Shown here piece by piece: positions 40,151-64,000 of a stretch of DNA of 64,000 nt. The translations under genes and the position numbers were made by a program. This DNA is from Chrysomallon squamiferum. Lineage: Eukaryota > Animalia > Mollusca. The DNA lies in the NCBI GenBank assembly GCA_012295275.1, contig CM022672.1, positions 10,230,001-10,294,000 on the forward strand. Direction: 5' to 3'. How positions within the stretch are numbered: position 1 is the first letter of the stretch; every line of letters begins with the position of its first letter. A model generated the notes under the pieces. That model was given only the letters and a program-made list of their open reading frames with translations. It was not told the DNA's origin and searched no databases.

Positions 40151-42784
40151 GCCTAACAACAACTACATTAAAAACACTACTAAAGACCAAATTTTTTCAA
40201 ATCCACTTTGTTAATAGTCATTGTTGTTTTATTTTTCCAATTTTAAAATGTTCAAGCTAGTCTGTTGGTTATCTTATACAATTTTTCAATGTGATTCATT
40301 TCTTTTTTACGTTCAACATTATGTTTATATTTATTGTAATATGTTTATGTCAGTGTCTTTCTTTATTTTAGTTTATTAGTTTACAGTGTAAAGCACCCTT
40401 GAACTTGCTTACAAATATATATAATTAAAAATTAATTCTCTTATTTTTACATTAAAGAAAGAAAAAGGTCAAATCCACAAATAAAAAATTAAAGAATAAA
40501 AATAAAATAAAATTAAAAAAATAAAATAAAATAAAATAAAATAAAATAAAATAAAATAAATAAATCAATCAAATACAATTCAGTAAAATAACAACATCAA
40601 CAACAATAACAGTAATAGTAAATTATATTTAATAATAGTAATAGAGTAGCAATATAGCAAAACTTTGAAACTGAAAACAAAAAAGCACTAGACAACAGAA
40701 ACTGCAATGTTTTTTTTATTTTAAAATTTATTTTTATATGATGACTGTAAATTATAAAACTATGCAATTAAAATTAAGACAAAATTTACATAGAAAACAA
40801 TCCGCTTATGGTTTTGGATTTTTTTTTTTTTCTAATTTTTTCAGTTTATACAAAAATAAATAGTCAACTGAAATAAAATATTTAAGCGTAAAGCTTTTAA
40901 CACAAATAAAAACATTCGCACAGAGAATTCATGGCTATTTTTATTTTATTTTATTAGTATTTTTTTTTTTTTTTTATTAGTATTTTTAGTTGTTATTTTT
41001 GTAATTATTAGTATTTAATTATTATTAGTATTTTTTTTTTTTTTTAACCAGAAAAAGCCCAAACATCTCCCAAAACAAGCAAAAACAACTGGCATGAAGG
41101 TATTAAGAATTCAAAAAATGAAAAAAAAAAAAAAACACCCTTAAAATCCGATAAAAATTATTCTTTTTATTTTTCCTTTTTTTTATTTCTCTACGTAGCA
41201 TAATTATACGAAGTGGATTTGAGTTTTTCGTTAAAAATGTGATCAGGCTTATGGATTGTAATACTCTGGGTTTTTTTTACATAAAAAGTACATTTTTAAC
41301 GGAATTAGATTATTCATACATTTCATACAAAATGTTTTTAAACGCCTTTGTCACTTAAATTGAACTTTTTATTCCTTTTGAACTTTAAAGACCATTTCAG
41401 ATTGGTTTTGTTTCGGATTATAAACACCTTACAAGTATAAAGAATCAGAGACGAATTCATAACTATTTTACAGATGGGAATTTGATACCCTGACACTCAT
41501 AAACGTCAACAGAATTAAAAATTCCTAACCGTATATTTTAGTAAATCTTAGGTGAGTTATATAGAAAAATAAATATGAAACCTTTAGCAAATATTTAATA
41601 AAGAAAACGTAAGCTATAAATATATTAAATATTGTAAAAATAATTACTTATAAATTAAAAAGAAACTGGATTTATATTCAAATGATGTTTATAAAATAGT
41701 TAAATTAATGTAAATTTATGTAACAATACAAACAAACACCTTCGACACACCTGCAACTGCTTCTGAAAATATTTTTTTTTAGATCCTGAAAACCTAGAAA
41801 AAAATAAAATTTGAATATTCTCTAGTCAACATGATACGATATTACACAGACTTCACGGAACCAAAATTATTATCTATGTAAATACTTCTGTAATATTCTG
41901 TGTATTGAAAAACTTGATATATGGTATTTCATGTCAATAAATCTTACCAAGCTAGACTAATGAACTTTGATTTAAGTATCAGTCGTCTTTTCTGACAACT
42001 GCGAGAAATCGAAAGCCAAATCTTAACTCGTAAATATCGAAATACAAAAATGGGAGAAGCAAACGAAACGAAATGTTTATATTGCGACCGGAACATTTCG
42101 AAAGCATAAATTAAGAAATACATAAACTAAAAATTGATTTATGGAAATGAGTAATTTATTTAATGATCGTGCTTTAAAATCAGCCTTATATAGTAACCAG
42201 AAAGTTCTTTTGCTAAAAGGTAAGATGTAGACACATGTGTATGTATGTTTGTGTTTATATATGTGTGTATACACACACAATATTCAGTGTTTTTGTTGTT
42301 CTAGTTATGAAAAACATAAAACATTATCCACATCCTCCTCATCGTCATTATTATTATTATTTTTAATATCATAATTTTTTTTTTTATTTACTACAAAAAT
42401 AACATGTGAATAAGATAAGACAAGATAAAATATATAAAATATTTTATTTGCTAAAAAAAATTATTTCTAAATTGTATATTCTTAGAATCAACAGTCTGTT
42501 CTATAATATACCTTCAAATAAAGAAACAAAAATTAAAAATAAGAGATAACACAAAATCGCTCCATGTATTAAAATACTTTATTTCGTATGCGATTGATTG
42601 ATGCATACGGAGAATTGTTTAAAAAACACGAAAAAAAAACCACGAACCATAATTATAGCGATTTCAGTCACAACATGATATATCTTCATTTGTTAAGAAT
42701 AGTACTATTTACTAACCAAAGAACAAAGAAAAACAAAGCAGTAATTATAAACCAACAAAGTATTGACATCTGAGGATTATCTTG

Positions 42785-42824
<40 letters not shown>

Positions 42825-44018
42825 TGAAAATATATTTATTATCTATGTATCGTTATGCTCCGGGATTGAAAGTCCAGTTCATGTTTTGTCTTTATTCATA
42901 TTTATATTATATTATGCTATGCTGTAAAATTTTATGTTATATTACATTACATTACATTAGAATGTTATTTTATTATTGTTATATTATTATTGTTATCATC
43001 ATTATCATCATCATCATCATCATCAGAATGCGTAAAAATGCAGTTGATGAGTATGACGATGTCATTATGCAAACCATCATTACTTTTTGACTGTGGTATA
43101 TAAACATAAATTCACACAATCATACACACTGACGCACCTACATACTGAAATGTAACTCCATAATGAAAGTTTGAACAACAAAAATAAGAATTGTCTTGTA
43201 AAAAAAAAAAAAAAAAAAAATAAATAAATAAATAAAAGAAGGTATAATTAATTTTTTTTGTCATTAAGTTTTAACTAATTTCATATTAAACCGTAAAATC
43301 TCACCTGTGCTTGTGCTAAAGGAATTTTAATTGTTTTTCTTCGTTCTCAGAGAAAATGAAATAAAAAGATTTCTCATTTGTTTAACTCACTAAGGTAATT
43401 TACTGTAATGGCTTTTAATTAAAAGTTATTGACATCATTATTTAAGAAGATCCATGATTTCTGTGGATATAATGATGAACTCTAAAATCAACTTGTTGTT
43501 GTATTCGTGATGGTAGTAGTAGTGGTACTGATAGTAGTAATAGTTGTAGTAGTAGAAATTGTCGTGGTAGTAGTAGCTGCTGCTGTTGTAGTTTTAGAAG
43601 TAGTAGAAGCGGTAATGGTGGCAGCAGTAGAAGTAGTAATGAAGATGGTAGTAGAAAAGCACAGGCAGTAATATTTAAAAAAATATATATATTTCAAGAA
43701 TATACGATTTGTATAATTTTTATTTTTATATTTCATATATTTTTTTAATTTCATTGTTTTACGCTATACCTAACTGACCAAGCGCATCTGATGTTAACAT
43801 TAAAATGACAGATGTCGCAAAACACACTAGTCAGCAAAGAATAACATACAGTAATGCATGTTTATAACACAACCAGTTATTACCAGTTTTTAATCTGTTA
43901 ATTAATATACTCAGTTTGAATAAGTATTCTGATACAACGACATACAAACATGCAAACATATGTACATACATACGTTCATATATAAACACATGCATTCATT
44001 CATACATCCATATATACG

Positions 44019-44055
<37 letters not shown>

Positions 44056-44506
44056 ATATAAAAACAAATCACCAAACCATTAACAAATTTACATAATATA
44101 ATTACATATTTATCACTGAAGGTAACAAAACTATGGCGATGATAATTTTTTTATTATCTTAATTAAGAACTATTTACATTAATCTTTACATTATTTTCTA
44201 AACGAAATTATCATAGCACTTTCTGAACGTCTGCTAACACAGAATTTATCACTGATAAAATCCTTCTAAACTCGATCCTTCTAAGTATGTATTATGAATA
44301 GTATTCCGTGTCAAGTAATAGTCCACAAACATTAATCCTGGAACACATAAATACATAATAATTATTTCGTATCAGTATAATCTGTGAATATGTATAAGAA
44401 TTTGGTTGTTCTAGAAATAAATTTTATACAGTAGAACTGAATCCCCGTAATTAATTTGCAGTTACAATATTATCGTGCATTACGTTTTATTTCTTGTTTT
44501 GAACTG

Positions 44507-44541
<35 letters not shown>

Positions 44542-45016
44542 AGGATAATACAATCATGATGAACTCTTTCACAATCCAGAACGAAAATCTGGTAATGATA
44601 ATCTCGAAACATTCATGAAACTGTAATACAATTTGAGCTTTGGAACGAATGAGCATATCCTTCGTCATGTGTTGATTAATGTATTCAAAAACTTTTTCTT
44701 CATTATCCAGACATCTAGTTTTAACTCGAGACATATATCTTTGTCACATACAATAACGACATTGTGATCATTTCAAAGCAACACCTTGTTAATAATAATT
44801 CCTATTTCTCGAACAGATGTAATTCAGTTTGAACATTAGAAACAAAATGAATATTTATCATACACACTGTACACTTTGAAAATCACTAGTTCAGTAAAAA
44901 AAAAAAAAAAAAAAAAAAAGAGGATTTTGCGAGTTTTATAAAATGATGATTGATATCTTTCACTCTTAGAATGGCAGTAATTATAAAAAAAAAAAATAAT
45001 TAATAAGGCATGTTCT

Positions 45017-62598
<17,582 letters not shown>

Positions 62599-63350
62599 CT
62601 GGAGAAAACAAAAAGAGAAGAGAAATGTCCATAAGAGTATTTATATCTACTTCGTGGGTTTTTACATAAGTATTATATTAGCGAAAATAGATAATACTGA
62701 AAAAACAGTTTGCTATATGTAAATATTTAACATCTTAAAATTATAGTCCATCAGTCGTATGTTTTTATATAAGCTTGATGTCGTATTCACAATGAAACAT
62801 ATGTAATGGTCTTTACCATATTCATAAGAAAGTTTATAAAAAAGTAAAACAATTATATCTTTAAGGGAAAAAATGAATAGTGAGGAAATGTAATCATGAA
62901 ATATGATGATGACGACGATGATGATAATGGTGATAATGATGATGATGATTATGATAATAATAATAGCAGTATTTTAGTAATGATAGTAATATAATAATAA
63001 TAACTACATTATTAATAACTAATGTAATAATAATAATAAAACAATAATTATAATCATAAACAACGTCTGTCAGTATTGTAAAATTATTAATTTTTGTTAG
63101 TGCAAACAAGAATAACAAAAACAAGAACACAGAATAAAATAACATAAAATAAATAACGAAAAATAACACTGGAATTAATTTAATCACAAATATTACTATA
63201 TTATACCTTAATTTCCCACTGAAATTAAATCTAATAATCCATTTATTTTGGTTATATATATATATATATAATATTTTGGCTAGATCTGTTCTAATAGAAG
63301 TTAGAGATTGTGCACATGATAGGCGCACTTAAACCAGCATGTTAAATTAC

Positions 63351-63431
63351 CTACATCAATAACAGATGGAGACGAATCCCACAGGGATACACAGCAGTTT
63401 TTAGAACTGTAATTCTGATGATCAGACCTTT
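63351..63431 (-). CDS. Probable additional upstream exon of the PAN-CUB receptor
   Basis: 81-nt, phase 1-1, open segment (ERSDHQNYSSKNCCVSLWDSSPSVIDV) bounded by tttaaag| and |gtaatt, compatible with the phase-1 acceptor at 62598. No recognisable domain. Confidence 0.5.
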   Translation of the reverse strand, partial: KGLIIRITVLKTAVYPCGIRLHLLLM

Positions 63432-64000
63432 CTTTAAAAAACAAATTCTGTGTATTCATTCGTAACTTTCCAACAGATTTACGATCGTGTTTTATATATT
63501 TTTTCTCTCTTTTTATTATTATTATTATTATTTTTTTTTTTTTTTTTTTTTTTTTTTCAAGGTGACAGTTCTTATACGACATTTTTATGTAATTGTTTTT
63601 TGCTGCAATCTTTTGTGTCGATTAGAAATTCAGCAAAAAGCTCGCAGTACATCATGGCAGGTGTTTTGTAAGTTAAGAGCAGCTATCACTAATGTATTTA
63701 CGTCTCTTGTACGTGAACAATAAAGTAATATTAGAAGTGGGTCTACGTTATATTTCGCATTAGTCTGGCATAATAATAATTAGTCTGGTAGATATTATGA
63801 AAAGTGTTTCCAGCGTTTCACTAAGGAAACATAACCTTTGTTCAGCAGAGATTAACGACATTGAAAGTGAAGGATATTATGTCAGTTGAGACCAAAAAAA
63901 ACAAACAGAAAATTATATAAAATATAATATGGTTTTGTTGTGTGTGTTGTTTGTTTTGTTTTTTCATCTACATTCAAGTAGTATTGGATTGTCTCTACAT

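Noticed and set aside
43488-43754. Thr-rich mucin-like minus-strand ORF
   Set aside because: A degenerate (GTA)n tract downstream of the receptor stop codon, with no supporting splice context.

Overview
AT-rich, microsatellite-dense eukaryotic genomic DNA with GT-AG spliceosomal introns. It looks like an invertebrate, probably a mollusc (inference). Most supplied ORFs are microsatellite artefacts or single exons, so genes were rebuilt by hand-splicing with phase checks. Five protein-coding genes result. (1) The 3' part of XPNPEP1, Xaa-Pro aminopeptidase 1 (+, <1-8653). (2) A 289-aa LRR-only protein (-, 10929-12236). (3) A 258-aa secreted protein that the ORF track misses, with two identical-pattern 12-cysteine modules, behind a TATA promoter carrying AP-1, kappaB and STAT-like sites (+, 16173-18984); this is the top candidate for an undescribed system, possibly an inducible cysteine-rich effector or peptide precursor. 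(4) An STKLD1-like kinase + ARM-repeat gene with degenerate catalytic motifs and a pair of mutually exclusive exons (+, 20878-32623). (5) The 3' part of a single-pass receptor with at least 4 PAN/apple domains, 2 CUB domains, a Thr-rich stalk, a TM helix and an FSNPLY endocytosis motif (-, 45017->62598). Also present are an internally deleted L2/CR1-type LINE remnant, several minisatellites (one carrying 13 AP-1 sites) and an orphan promoter-like island. No CRISPR array, rRNA or tRNA was seen.
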